DNA of 64,000 bases from Octopus sinensis (Eukaryota). The position numbers and the translations under genes are program-made. Every line of letters begins with the position of its first letter. The stretch's first letter is position 1. The notes under the pieces are model-generated. The model saw only the letters and a program-made list of their open reading frames with translations. It was not told the origin of the DNA and made no database searches. Below are positions 1 to 14,072 of this stretch, in pieces. The DNA lies in contig NC_043022.1 of the NCBI RefSeq assembly GCF_006345805.1, positions 868,001 through 932,000 on the forward strand, written 5' to 3'.

Positions 1-1029
1 ATATATATATATATACACACACATACATACACATATACACAAACTTTTCTGAAGTAATGAATTTCACATTGTTTTGATTTCCCTTCATGTGTCTTCTTGC
101 TTCTCAATTTTTTTACACAAGAGGAACCAACGACATACTGTCAAATGTAGTTCAGGTATATGCCTCTGTGTGTGTGTGTGAGAAGACATTAGTTGTGCCG
201 ATGTCCACGTGTAGTTGCTTGAAAATCATTCCCTTATTTTGTTGGTTTTTAAAACCACAAACTGCATCACTTGTGCTTATTTTCTTCTGTACTACAGATC
301 TTGATTGGTAGGTGTTATTGGCATGCACACACACACACATATATAGTTAGCTAAGACACTCATTCAGATATTGAGTCACAGGCATTGCTAAGGGGTGGAG
401 AAGACCATGTTTCACTACGAGTTTGAGTCTTTCTATTTTTGTACCTTCAACACTTGCTAAAAATTAACGATAATTAAGCGTTAGCCATGTTCCAGCCATA
501 TTCTATCTTCGCTCAATGTGTGTAAACAAACACATGCACACACAGACTTTATAAAATTTATATATGTATATATCTATAAATACAATATATATATATATTA
601 TACCTGCTTACACACAAAAGTATAAATTATGTAATGTATATATTTTGTGTGTGTGTGTATTATATATATAATGTATAAATATAAAAGTTTATGTATAGAA
701 AAACTATAAGGGAAGGGATTGTTTCCACTTCATTATGGAACTAATTCTTCTGTGTCACAAATTCTAATGCCCCCGGGGCCCTGATGGTGGTGGGGTAGGG
801 CAGTGTAAACGTAAACTACACAATTTTCCTTCCGCTCAACATAAATCTGAAGTTTCTTATCTTTGTAAAACAAAATATGATTATTATTATTATTATTATG
901 ATAAACGTTTATTTCTGTTGTTGTTTTTATTTTGCTTTCATCTGCCGTGTTTAATCAAACTTAAACTATCATCACCCTTTTGTATATATGGATGTATGTG
1001 TATATGCAGTTCTGTTCTATATATATATA

Positions 1030-1174
1030 CAAGGGTGGGCAAAAGTAAGCATACAGTTGCTTAATTGGAGTGGGATGTTCTTTGCCTTCTTATTCTAAAA
1101 AAGAAATAGAGAAGTGAAAAGAACATTCCATTGATATTTTCAAGCAACTGTAGACCTACTTTTGCCCACACCTG
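1030..1174. mobile_element. Tc1/mariner-like MITE
   Basis: About 33-bp imperfect TIRs ca.g.gtgggcaaaagta.g..tacagttgctt, inserted next to a TA run. Confidence 0.7.
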
Positions 1175-4119
1175 TGTGTGTGTATTATGTGTATATATGT
1201 ATGCATATATGAAACTGTCACCACTTTCACTCCAGCTTGTTAAAGATTTTATTTTAGAGCAAATTAGGGAAAAAGAATGTCTTTCAAACCATCAACCAAT
1301 CCAACTTATGAAAGCAAATGGTGGTGGTCATTTGGACTGTTTGGTTTTGGGGGTTTGTGTGTGTGCGTGTGTGCCTACATTAGAAAGAAATATTTTCATT
1401 ATTAAAGCAACAAGCTGACTGAATCATTAACACAAGACAAAATGCTTAGCAGCATCTGAGTTCAAATCCCGCAAGGATTGGTAAAATGAAGTACTTGTGT
1501 TGTGACTAAAACTCCTTCCCTCAAAAGGCTGGTCTTGTGCCAAAATTAAAAAGAACCATTATTATTATTATTATTATTATCACCTGATAATGTAAATTCC
1601 CAGATAGTTCATTTTCAATCTGATCAAACTCGTTAGCAGTCAGACGACTCTCGTCAAGTGCTTATCTATTTACATTCTTTTCTATTATTAATCTTGTAGC
1701 TTCAAGATTTCAATGATGTGATTGTTTATTTTCAGAATAACATTGTAGGATAGGTGTGAGAGGCCAAATCTGGATGGTTTGAGCAGAACCCAGCAAGAAG
1801 ATCTGGGCCAGTTTAATAGCCAAACTGTGAAATGATGTAAATAAATGCATATAAAGGGGCAAAAATCACACATTTCTCTTCAGGTCCATAACGATACTAG
1901 TATGGCACAGTAAGTGATTGAGGGGAAATTAAGGTTTTTCTTAAAAAGAGGGGGGACAACAGTAATTTGTATATACACTTGTGCTATAGTTGTTACTGCT
2001 GGTTGTGTTAGTAGTGGGGGTCATGTAATTTTTCCATGTTTTTGTTGTTTTTTTTTTTTTGTTTTGTTTCTTTTCCTGCTTTGTTATAATTTTGTTAACG
2101 TTATGTGAATTGCTTTTTTTTTTATTTACTGTAATATATAAACATTGTTGTTGGCCATTTTTTATTTTTAAAAAATCGCTTTGTTTTCCGTTTTTTTGCT
2201 TTATCTTATTTGAAACTCGAATCAAGCTGTTCCCTTCATACGTATGTGTAGATATGTAAGTGCAAAATGTGTGTGTGTGTGTGCATATATTTGTGTGTAT
2301 ATATCTGCTTACGTATATGTATATAAATAATGTACATGGTATGTATGCACATGTATGTGTATATGTGTGTGCATATCTATCTATATATATACACACACAT
2401 GTGCGCATATATATATATACATGTGTGAGTGTGTATGTGTAATGCTTATATCATTTGTTGCCAAACTATAGAACATAATTTTTGCCTTTACCAAATTGCT
2501 TTCTTTATATTTTTTTTCTACTTTTTTTCAAAAACCTGTTTTCACCATTTCTTTTTGTCTTTTTTTTTAGTCATCGTTCCAATGACAGTCCCCCCCACCC
2601 ACCCACTCATCCACAGTTTCTCTCTATCTCTCGTCACCTTCTCCTGTATGAACCCCTAATTTACCTCCTAACCCCTCCACACTCCTATTGCATTATTAAT
2701 AAAACAGCCCCCTTTTATCATTAGCTTCTCTCACATTTCATTAAAGAGCAACTAAAGGACATTAATTACTATAATTAAGGACCAAGCTGAACTAGGTTTG
2801 GCAAGAATTAGATAGGGCACTGATCAAAATGCAGGGCTTTCTTTCTTTGTTTGTTTGGGGGAGAGAGTCTGGCTTTTTATGTTGTGAATTCAAGTCCCGT
2901 CAAAAGTCAAACCATGTATTTATTATTATTATCTGTTAAGGCAGTGGAGCTGCGGAATCATTAGCAAGCTGGACAAAATGTTTGGCAGCATTTTGCCCGT
3001 CTTTACATTCTGAGTTCAAATTCTGCCTAAGTCAACTTTGCCTTTCATTCTTTCAGGGTCGACGAAATAAGTACCAGTTACATACTGGGGTCAATGCAAT
3101 CGACTAGTCTCCTTCCTTCAAAATTTCAGGCCTTGTGCCTTTAGTAGAAAGAATTATTATTATTATTATTATTAAGGGTGTTGGATTGGCAGTACTGGTA
3201 GAGTGTTGAACAAAAATGTCTTGACTGTTTAGTTACATCTCCCGTTCCTTAGTTCAAACCCCGCCACGGTCAACTTTGCCTTTCATCCATCCAGGGGTCG
3301 ATGGATGAAATGAAGTAAATAGTCAGGTGCTGGGATCAATGTTACTAACTAACCCCCACTTTCCTCCTCAAAAACAGCTGGCCTTGTGCCTGTGCTAAAA
3401 ACAACTATTATTATTAATTCTACCTCGGGTAAATCTTTCCCCTCTTTTTCCCCTTCTTCCTCACCTTGACTAACCCCAAATATTTTTCAATTCCAAACCC
3501 ACACACACAGTTACACACAAGCGCGCGCGATTTGTTTTTTTTTCCCCTTATTTGCTTTATATATATATATAAATATTTTTTTTTTCCTTATTATTTTATC
3601 TAATTAATTAAATGTTTGTTTAGGGTGTGATCTCTATAGATGACTAATAAACTCAAGCTGCTGGTACAGCAAAAACCCAATCTCTTATTATTATTATTAT
3701 TATTATTATTTTCTTTTCTGACGAAGCCAATCTGGTATTGGTCTCTTATATATTATTCCGCTCTCACACCTCATCATATTCAGCCTATGTTTGATATTAA
3801 TGATAACATTATTACTAACAGTAGTAGTAATAGCTGTAGTAGTAGTAGTAGTAGCAGCAGCAGCAGCAGTGGTATTACTATTATGATTGCAACCACCACC
3901 ATCATCATCATCATTTCTATTAATATTACGTTCCCCACTGATTTCTATCATTAACTGTACATATATATGGTGTGTGTGTATATACATATATACACACGCA
4001 TGTGGCTTTCAACAGATGCTTGTTATTCTGTAAATGTCTTATAATGAATATATATATAAATACATACATATACACACATATATAATGTACATAAGTATAT
4101 GTGTGTGTGTGTATATATG

Positions 4120-4168
<49 letters not shown>

Positions 4169-4475
4169 GTAGACACTATCAGGATTATATTTTATGCATC
4201 TGTAGTGTTTGTTAACTACTATATATATATATGTATGTATGTATGTATATATATATATATATGAAATATCAATATTTTGATTGAGTTAGAAAACAGAAAT
4301 CTAATTGATACAAATTAATTTATTAATTAATTTACATATTCACCGTTAATAAATTAATTTGTATACATTAGATAGATCTCTCTGTTTTCTAACTCAATAA
4401 TAATATTTGGTATTTTACGATATTTTACATAATATATTTAAACCAGTGTATCTTGGATAAAAATATCCTCGTTGT

Positions 4476-4511
<36 letters not shown>

Positions 4512-6540
4512 GTACGTATACACACACACATATATATGTAATGTAATGACAAAATTTTTTTAAATTATTACCAAAAAAAACCAAAATGAAAGGTAAATTT
4601 CCCCCCCTTCCTTCATGGCCTTCGCTGGCCGCTGGTCATGTTGAAGTAGACAATATTTGTATTTCTATATATCAACACCACCCTTAATTCATTCCCTTCT
4701 GGTATTTTTTGTTGCTTTTTCTTTTTTTCTTTTGGTTGTCAGGTTTTTTTTGTTTGTTTTTCCTTTTACTTGTTCCTGAAGACCAAACTTTCTGGATTTT
4801 GTTTTTTTACATTTTAATTAATTCATTAATTTTATTAAAACATTTTTTTTTTAAAGCAGTTAAAAAGCACATTTTTTTAGGGGAGTGGGACAGCACTATT
4901 TATCTCTAAAATTAATTAATGGCTTCTAGTAATTTGAATGAGAAATATATAATAGATATATAATATATATATATATATGTGTATATATATAAAACATGTA
5001 TATATATATATATAAAACATGTATATATATATGTGTGTGTGTGTATATTATATAATATGTATATGGTTTAAATAAAAGGTTAAAAAAAGGCAGGGGGGGT
5101 CAATGGACCCAGAATTATATAAAACTGCCCTCCCCGACCCCCTTCTCTTTCTCTCTAATCCCCCCACCCACCCAAAACCTCCTCGCCCCCATTCAGGTTG
5201 ACACTGTACAATCTACTTTCATTATAAACAATAAAGTTTCCTTTGGTTGTACTGAGTAAGGAAAAAAAATAGAGACGCTTGTTTTTGTTTTGTTTTTTTG
5301 TCTTGTTTTGTTTGGTTTTTTTCATCTTGACCAGTGGTCTGGAGGGTGTTGTTGGTGTTTTATTTATTTCGTCTTGACCATTGGTCAAGATGGATGTGTG
5401 TCTTTGTTGTGTTTTTTTTTTTTTTAATCTTGTTCATAGGTGCAGATGTGGCTGTATGGTAAGAAATTTGCTTCCGGACAGCATGGCTCTGGGTTCAGTC
5501 CCATTGCATGGCACCTTGGGCAAGTGTCTTCTACTTATAACCTCAGAATGACCAAAGCTTTCTGAGCAGATTTTGTAGAAAGAAACTGTGTACACACGCA
5601 CACACACTATGTTGTACTTACCAACTTATGGCAGCACACTGTGTGAAATGCTTAGCGGTATTTCGTCTGTCTTTATGTTCTCAGTTCAAATACCGAGGTC
5701 AACTTTGCCTTCCATCCTTTTGGGGTCGATAAATTAAGTACCAGTTGCATACTGGGGTTGATCTAATCAACTGGCCCCCTCCCCAAAAATTTCAGGCCTA
5801 GTGCCTACAGTAGAAAAGAATGTACTACCAGCTAGCTACATACAAACATATGGTTTCAGGTTCAATCCCACTGTGTGGCACCTTGTGCAAAGTGTCATCT
5901 ACCACAGCTCTGAGCCAACCAAAGCCTTGTAAGGGGATTTGGTAGATGGAAATTGAAAGAAGCCCATCGTGTGTTTATGTATTTGTGTTTGTCCAGCACT
6001 GTTACTTTACCACTGGTGTTGGTTTGTTTGCATTCCTTGTAACATAGCAGTTTGGCAAAAGAGACAGACGGAATAATTACTGGGGTCAATTCATTCGACT
6101 AAAACCTTTCCAAGTGGTGCCCCAGCATGGCCACAGACCAATGACTGAAACGAGATAAAAAATTTGGTCAAGATAATGTGTGCATCTTTATCCTTAATTT
6201 TATCTTGACCAGCGGTCATTGAGTTGTGGTCCCTACCTTTATTCCATTGGTCATTGGGATTTGTTGTGTCCAGTCGATTGGTCAAGATGATTTCATTTAT
6301 TTGATCTTGTTGCCAATTTTGTTTTTATTTTTATATTGTATTTTTTAAAATATTTTTGTATATTTATTTATTTATTTATTTCCCTACACACACACACACA
6401 CAGAGGAATAACAACAACAACAGTAGCAGCATCACTATTCTCTGTTCACTAAATAATTACTTCCACTTCCAGGAAATTCTAATTATTTATAATAATAATA
6501 ATAATAATAATAACAATAATAATAATAATTGGCTACTCTC

Positions 6541-8060
6541 AAGGGTGGACAGTAGTCTGGCTCAATTGTTAGTGTGCTGGCCAAAATGCTTTGTGGTATT
6601 ATTTTCCGTGCAAATTTTACAGTCGAGTTCAACTTTGCCTTCCGTTATTCCAGATTCGTTAAGTACTTTGGGTCCACTTAACTGGTTAAACCCCCTCTTC
6701 ATTTCTCATCCCAAATTTCTGGCCTTTGTGCCTATATTAGAAAGAATTATTGTTACTATTATTATTATTATTATTCCAAAGCAGCAAGCAGGCAGAATCG
6801 TTAGCCTGCTGGACAAAATGCTTAGCAGCACTTTGTCCGTCTTTATGTTCTGAGTTCAAATTCCACCGAGGTGAACTTTGCCTTTCATTTTTTTCTGGGC
6901 TGATATATTAAGTACCAGTTAAGTGCTGTGGTCGACGTAATCGACTTAACCCCTCTCCCAAGATTTCAGGCATTGTCCCCTATACTAGAAAGGATTATTA
7001 TTAGCAGAATCATTTGCACGCCAGGCAAGATGTTTAGTGGTATTTCGGCTGTCTACATTTCGAGTTCAAATTCCACCAAAGTCAACGTAGCCTTTAATCC
7101 TTTCAGGGTTAATAAATTAAGTACCAGTGAAACAGTAGGGGCCATGTAATTGATTAGTCTCCTCCCAAAAAATTTCTGGCCTTGTGCCTTTAGTAGAAAG
7201 TGTTATCATCGTCATCCGAGACAGCAAGCTGGCAAAATCATTAACATGCTCAGCATTTCATCTGGCTTTATGTTCTGAGTTCAAATCCCACCAAGGTTGA
7301 TTTTGCTTTTCACCCTTTCGAGGTTGATGAAATAGGAACCAATTGAGCAGTGGGGGTTGATGTAATCAACTTGTTCTCTCCCCCAAAACTGCTGGCCTTG
7401 TGTCAAAATTGGAAATCATTATTATCATTATTGGGTGAGAGAGAGCATCACACGCTATCAAATTGATGCTGGAGTACAAGTGTGTGAAGCCCAATAAACC
7501 CATCTGATAAGGGTACACCGGGAACATTACGAGCTGGCAGAGTCGTTAGCACACCTGGCAAATTGCTCAACAACATTTCATCCATCTATGGATTCTGAGT
7601 GCAAATTGTGCCGAGGTTGACTTTGCCTTTCAGGATTGATAAAATAAGTACCAGTTGAGTACTGGAGTTGATGTAATTGACCTGGTCCCTATCCCAAAAC
7701 TGCTGGCCTTGAGCCAAACTTTGAAACTATTATTATTATTATTAGGTTAGTTCATTGGCAGAATCATTAAAATCAGAAATAATGCCTTGTGGTATTTGTC
7801 CCAGCTCTTTACATTCTAAGTTCAAACCCTACTGAAGTCAGCTTTGCCTTTCGTCCCTCAGGGATTGATGAAATAAAGTATCAGTCATGTACTGGGGGAT
7901 TGCTTAATCCACTAATCCTTCTCTCCTTGATACTGCTGGCCTTGTGCCTAAATTAGAAAACACTGTTGCTGTTGTTGTTACTATTACTCTTATCTCCTAT
8001 TTATCTTTCTGGGATAAAATAAAATGAATACCAGTCACGTGATGGGGTCAGCTATGGCTA
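6541..8060 (+). repeat. SINE family A array (about 7 copies); smaller + arrays at 2938-3410, 9180-9770, 12545-13325, 31138-31365
   Basis: Same unit and (ATT)n spacers as 16897-20120. Confidence 0.85.
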
Positions 8061-9887
8061 TGTGGTTAAAATATTTACTTCAGAACAGTGTGATTCCAGG
8101 GTCAATCCCACAACTTGGCACCTCAGGTTGAACAATACATTGTGAGACAAATTTGGTACATAGATACTGTGTGTACGTACATATATATGTATATATATGT
8201 GTGTGTATATATATGTATACACACACACACATCTCCCTGGAAATGTATCAAAGTTCATCTGGCAGTAAGAATATGCTTCCAGAGGGATTTGTGGTCCAGA
8301 GTAGCCAGAGATAACAAGTTTTATATATATATATATATAATTTCTTTTACTAATAATGTATATCAGCAGAAAAAATACAAAAAAAATACAAAAAAAACCC
8401 AAGAACAGTGACCCACCCTTGTTGGAAATGCAGTGAAACCAGTGATTGGCCCGTTGGGGATCTGAAACCAACGAAGCTATTGTTCATAAATTATGATTTG
8501 AAATTAAAATAAATAATTAAAACCTAATTAATGGGGTTTCGCTTTCACGTCTATTCTTTGTGATCTGTTTGAAAAAAACCTTTTTTTTTTTTTTTGCTTT
8601 TTTTTGTTTTTTTTTTTCATTTTATAATTTTGGTCTTATCTTTCTTATGTTGTCTTGTCGACATCTCTTGGTGATATTTTATATTTCAAAAGAGGACAAG
8701 AAACCTGCTCTGCTCTCATATTTTTACCCCTCATCTATCTTAGTACAAAGCCATCAATCTCTATTTCTGTTTTGGGGTTCACGACCTTGCATGCTACATG
8801 GCGACCTCACTAGTGCTGGTGCCAGAGAGAAAAAAAAAGCACCCAATATAGGCTGTAAAGGGGTCAATATTATAAAGGGCATCCCGTTATAGAAACCATG
8901 CCAAAGTAGACAACCTTCAGCCTGTCAAATCCTGTCATTCCAACAGGAAACATGGACGTGATGATGACAATAAAACATTAAATTTGGAAGGAGCCAGGGA
9001 TATGTGGTTCAGAAATTCATTTCTTAATCACAATTGTCCTGGGTTCATTCCTGCTGTGCAGCATCTTGGGGCAAATGCTTTCCTACAACAGTCTTGAGTT
9101 GACCAATATTATTTTGTGCATGGAATTTAAGAGATGACAATTAGATGAGAGGATGTTATTATTATTATTATTATTATTAATTTCGCTGAGGTTAGCTTTG
9201 CCTTTCATCCTTTCAGTACCAGTGAAACACTGGGGGTCGATGTAATCAACACATCCCCTCCCCCAAAGTTTCGGGCCCTGTGTCTTTTAGTAGAAAGGAT
9301 TATCAATATCATCATCATCATCATTATTATGGATGGTAGTGAGCTGGCAGAATCGTTAACATGCCAGGCAAAATGCTTGGTGGTATTTCATCTGCCGCTA
9401 CATCCAGAGTTCAAATTCTGCCAAGGTCGACTTTGCCTTTCATCCTTTCGGGGTCGATAAATTAAGTACTGGTGAAACACGAAGGTCAACATAATCGACT
9501 ATTCAAGCCTTGTGCCTAGTGTAGAAAGGATTATTATTATTATTATTATAAGGGTGGTGGGCTAGCAGAACCATTAACATGCCAGGCAGAATGTTTAGCA
9601 GCATTTTGTCCATCTTTACATTCTGAGTTCAAATTCCACTAAGGTCAACTTTGCTTTTCATCCTTTCAGGGTCAATAAAAATAAGTACCAGTTGAGCACT
9701 GGGGTCAATGTAACTGACTAGGCCCCTCCCACAAATTTCAGGCCTTGTGCCTTATTATTATTATTATATGGATTCAAATGTTAAAATGAGGCAAGTTAAA
9801 GAATAACAATGAAATATTTAGTGATGGGCAGGGAGGGATTAAATACAAAGAGCTTAGTCTAACTATGAAGTTCTAGTCAATTTGGAC

Positions 9888-9925
<38 letters not shown>

Positions 9926-10569
9926 ATCATTTAATGTACACAGTATTAAAAACATGATCCACTAATAGAGACACTGTGATTAGGCAGATGGAACCATGTG
10001 CCCTGAACCTGAGGATTGCAAGGCACATTATATAAACCTGCCTAATTAAGGTGTCTCCTTGGCATGAAACTATCAGCAGCTCTTATTTTAATAGTGTGCA
10101 TTAAATGACATTTATCTCTCACTGGATGGATTGCTTTTTTTTTTTAGTTGATCTTACATTAACAAAACAGTAAACTATATGCACATATATACACACACAT
10201 ACACATCTAAATCTGCAATTGACTGGAGGGATACACTGTGATCTCAGTCCCTTATATGTCATGGAAACTAGGTGACCAGCCCTATGCATCCAAGGGCTCG
10301 AAACCCTAATGTCCAGGGTTGATGATGATGATACATATATAAGATATAAATTAGAGATAAAACTACTATTATGCAAACCAAACAGTGATAAACATAAACC
10401 AATACATAAATAACAAATAATATATATTTTTTTATAAAACATATAACTTATAACTAGATCTCAAAAAGTATAAAATGAATGATCAATATATAATATAATG
10501 AGTAAAAACACTACGTACGTTTCATGGCTACAATTAAATTTGAATTACAATTAAGTTTATACTCCCTAA

Positions 10570-10600
<31 letters not shown>

Positions 10601-10969
10601 TATGACGTATGTGTCCATTTATTTTTATGTCAACTTTTCCATACTTGCATGGGTTAGATAGATACATTATTGGGGGGTATCCTTTTTACAACCAGACAAC
10701 CTTACCCAATTTTCAAGTAAGGAACATCTTATTCCTCAACACTTCAAAAGGGGCTGAATGAGTTTATTGCCCAAAGACCTGACAATAACAAAAATATTGC
10801 CCCTATCTCACCAATTTAACATCCAAATGAGTAAGCGATAGACAAATACACACACACACATAAATATATATTTAAGTTGCTTAAGTCAGGAAAAAATGCA
10901 CTCATATCTGATAATAGAGTTGGTATATTAAAATATTAATTGAAGTGTACAGTATTATATATCCATTAC

Positions 10970-11066
10970 AGCCAGTCTTACTAATTAGTTTCATGTTCAG
11001 GATTCAACGGAGTGTTAGGTAACAATTCATTTATGTAACCTTGCACTCATCAGAGGTAGACTGGCT
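10970..11066 (-). ncRNA. Type I hammerhead-ribozyme-like motif (degenerate)
   Basis: Minus strand: agccagtct-acct-CTGATGA-gtg...cat-GAAA-ctaattag-TA-agactggct, with a 9-bp stem I and a palindromic stem III. Confidence 0.5.
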
Positions 11067-12084
11067 ACCTCTGGTGAGTTAGGCTCCTGTTACAGACCTG
11101 TAAAACTTGAAGTAGCATGGAATCAAATCAAACTGTTTTAATATATATATATATATGTGTGTTAATGACAGTTTTAAAATACCATAGCAGTAACCCCAAC
11201 CCTCCATTACAGTATTTAGTTTTAGGCTATCTCCCTTTATATATATATAAGGTGGGGGTTGATCTTGCATTTCTTCTGTGGATAATAAAACAAGTAACCA
11301 GGCTAGAAATACTGGGACCAGGGTGAGGGTTAAGGATTTGGTAAAGCTCTTGAAGATGGTGTCCCAGCATGGCTAAGTTCTATGATGGAAACTGGTAAAA
11401 GAATACCTCATTGATAGGATTGAGGTTTGGGGGAGATTCTTTTTAGATTAATGTGAAGAGATGGCTGGCAAGTGGCATCTAAAATTAACCCCACCCCCAG
11501 AATACTGCCGGTACTTAATTCATGAACACTAAAAAGAGATGTGAAAGGTAAACCATCTTGTCTTTCTTCAATTGACCCACTGTAGGAGTTGAACTCAGAA
11601 CATGAAGGAGTAAAACTAAATACTGTTAAAAGGATTTTAACTCCTCCTCAACCACTTTCAAAATAATAATAGTAATAATAATATTTCATATTTTTGACTC
11701 AAGGGCAGCTTGGGGAAGGTGGGGATGAGTTGAGTTTTAATAGAGCTCAATGTTCAACTGGTACTTATTTTATCAGGATGAATGGCAAAGTCAACCTCAG
11801 CGGAATTTGAACTTAGAACATAGTGACAAGCAAAATACCACTAAGCATTTCATCCAGCGTGTTCGCAATTCTGCCAGCTCACTGCCTTAATAATAATAAT
11901 AATAATAATAATAATGTACTTTTTATCTTGATATGAGATCACCATGTCACACACATATGGTTGTGATGCATGTGTCTGGTGTGCCCTTGTCAGGTAGATA
12001 ATCCTGATGGATATATTGGGCTTTATATATTTGTACCCCCCAGTGTCACTTTGATGGCATGTGCTGCTCTCTCACTCAATATTT

Positions 12085-12426
12085 AAACAGGAAAGTGAGA
12101 AAAAAATAGACATATTCAATCCTCTTGAGTCCAAAATAGCTCAACTGTCAATGATCAAAAAAAGGTGAAGATAGTGCCAATTATTGTTGGCTCCTTGGGG
12201 ACAGCCTCGAAACATATTGAGAGGAATATAAAGAAAATCAGAATAGGGTGTCCAGTAGAACTGTTACAAAAGGTTTGCCTCCTTGGCACAGCCAGAATAA
12301 TCAGGAATGCATTAGATAGCTGAAGAGAACAGATTGCATGGCACCAGAGGCTGCGGGCAGCAAGCTTGCTATGCATGTGGGACTCCAAGAGTTCCAACAA
12401 AACCAGAGATAATAATACTAATAATA
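12085..12426 (+). mobile_element. R4/Dong-type (RLE) LINE 3' fragment
   Basis: KQESEKK...VKIVPIIVGSLG...LLQKVCLLGTARIIRNALDS*, resembling a restriction-like endonuclease C-terminus, followed by a (TAA)n tail. Confidence 0.8.
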
Positions 12427-12920
12427 CTTTCTTTATTGGCCACCAGGGCCGAATACAAAACAGAATAATAAGAAGAACAATGCCTAGTTTAGGAATGAGC
12501 CCTGCAGTTTTTAGGGCAGAGTGCAAACCTGTGTTGTTATTGTTAAGGCAGCAAGCTGGCAGAATCATTAGAATGCCAAGCAAAATGCTTAGCAGCATTT
12601 CATACACCATGTTGCGGGTTCAAATTCTGCCATGGTCAACTTTGCCTTTCATCCGTTCAGGGTTCGATAAAGTAAGTAACAATTGAGTTCTGGGGTCAGT
12701 GTAATCGACTCACCTCCTCCCCCGAAAATTGCTGGCCTGGTGCCAAAATTTGAAATCCTTATCATTATTGATGTTATTGGTGTTATTCCATTGGGACTGA
12801 CTTTTCCCTTCATCCTTTCAGTCGACAAAGCAAAGAACCATTTCAAGCACTGAGGTTGAGGTCATCAACTAGACCCTCCCTCAAAATTTCAGGCCTTGTG
12901 CCTACATAAGAAAATTATCA

Positions 12921-12956
<36 letters not shown>

Positions 12957-13109
12957 GGGTAGCAAGCTGGCAAAATCGTTAGAGCAATGGACTTTGCCTT
13001 TCATCCTTTTGGGGTCCATAAATTAAGTACCAGTGAAACACTGGAGTCAATGTAATCAACTAGTCCCATCTCCCCAAATTTCAGGCCTTGTGCCTTCAAT
13101 AGAAAGGGC

Positions 13110-13140
<31 letters not shown>

Positions 13141-13608
13141 TGAAGGCAGTGAGCTGGCAGAAAATGTTCTGCTGTGTTTTTTTTTTGTTTTCTTTATCTT
13201 CTCTGATGAAAATCCTGCCAAAGTCCTTTTTTGCCTTTCATCCGAGGGTGGGGGGCATCATTAAAATAAAGTACTGGGGTTGATGTAATTGCCCAATCCC
13301 TCCCCCAAATTTCAGGCCTTGCCCCCCTATATAGTTTCACTGCACCCCATGGCCACCTCTGCTAGTTTTGTAATTCCAATTCCACATTTTACCCCTTTAC
13401 TGTTCAGATTATTCCGTCAACTGTAATCCTTATTTATCCATATTGTCATGAATTAATCCTGCATTATCTCATACCTTTGAGATTTCAATAATGTGATTAC
13501 TTATTTTTAAAAAGACATCACAGGGTAGGTGCAAGAGGCCAGATCTGGCTGGTTTAAACATAAAACAAGTAGAAAATTTAATATATGTATCTCTTACTGA
13601 TATATATA

Positions 13609-13934
13609 CAGGGTTGGCCAAAAGTCATCCAACAGTAAATCAAAATTCCAAAAATACTTAATATTCAATTTCATTTATTCATTCCAATTATGAATGGTTA
13701 ATAATGGATGCTATGAGTTTAAAATCAGTTTTTTTTTTTTCAACATTTGTCTATTTATCAGAGAAGTCTCATAAAATATTACAGAGATGTACTTGCATAG
13801 CAAGTGACCTGATCTGAGATCGTGTGTTGGAACGAAAACAATTGCAGCGTGGAAGGTGTTCATAAAATAATTTTTTTCATCTTGGAATTAAATGGGGTTT
13901 TTTTAATTTACAATCAGGTGACTTTTGGTCAACC

Positions 13935-13937
<3 letters not shown>
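13609..13937. mobile_element. Tc1/mariner-like MITE with a nested fragment
   Basis: TIRs cagggttggccaaaagtca / tgacttttggtcaaccctg in TA context. Confidence 0.75.
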
Positions 13938-13939
<2 letters not shown>

Positions 13940-14004
<65 letters not shown>

Positions 14005-14006
14005 TA

Positions 14007-14070
<64 letters not shown>
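13940..14070. repeat. (TA)n microsatellite, example of many TA/TG/ATT/GAT runs
   Basis: Directly visible. Confidence 0.98.

Positions 14071-14072
<2 letters not shown>

Noticed and set aside
3640-3987. Overlapping ORFs with poly-L/S/T/A tracts
   Set aside because: They derive from trinucleotide microsatellites, with no splice or homology support.
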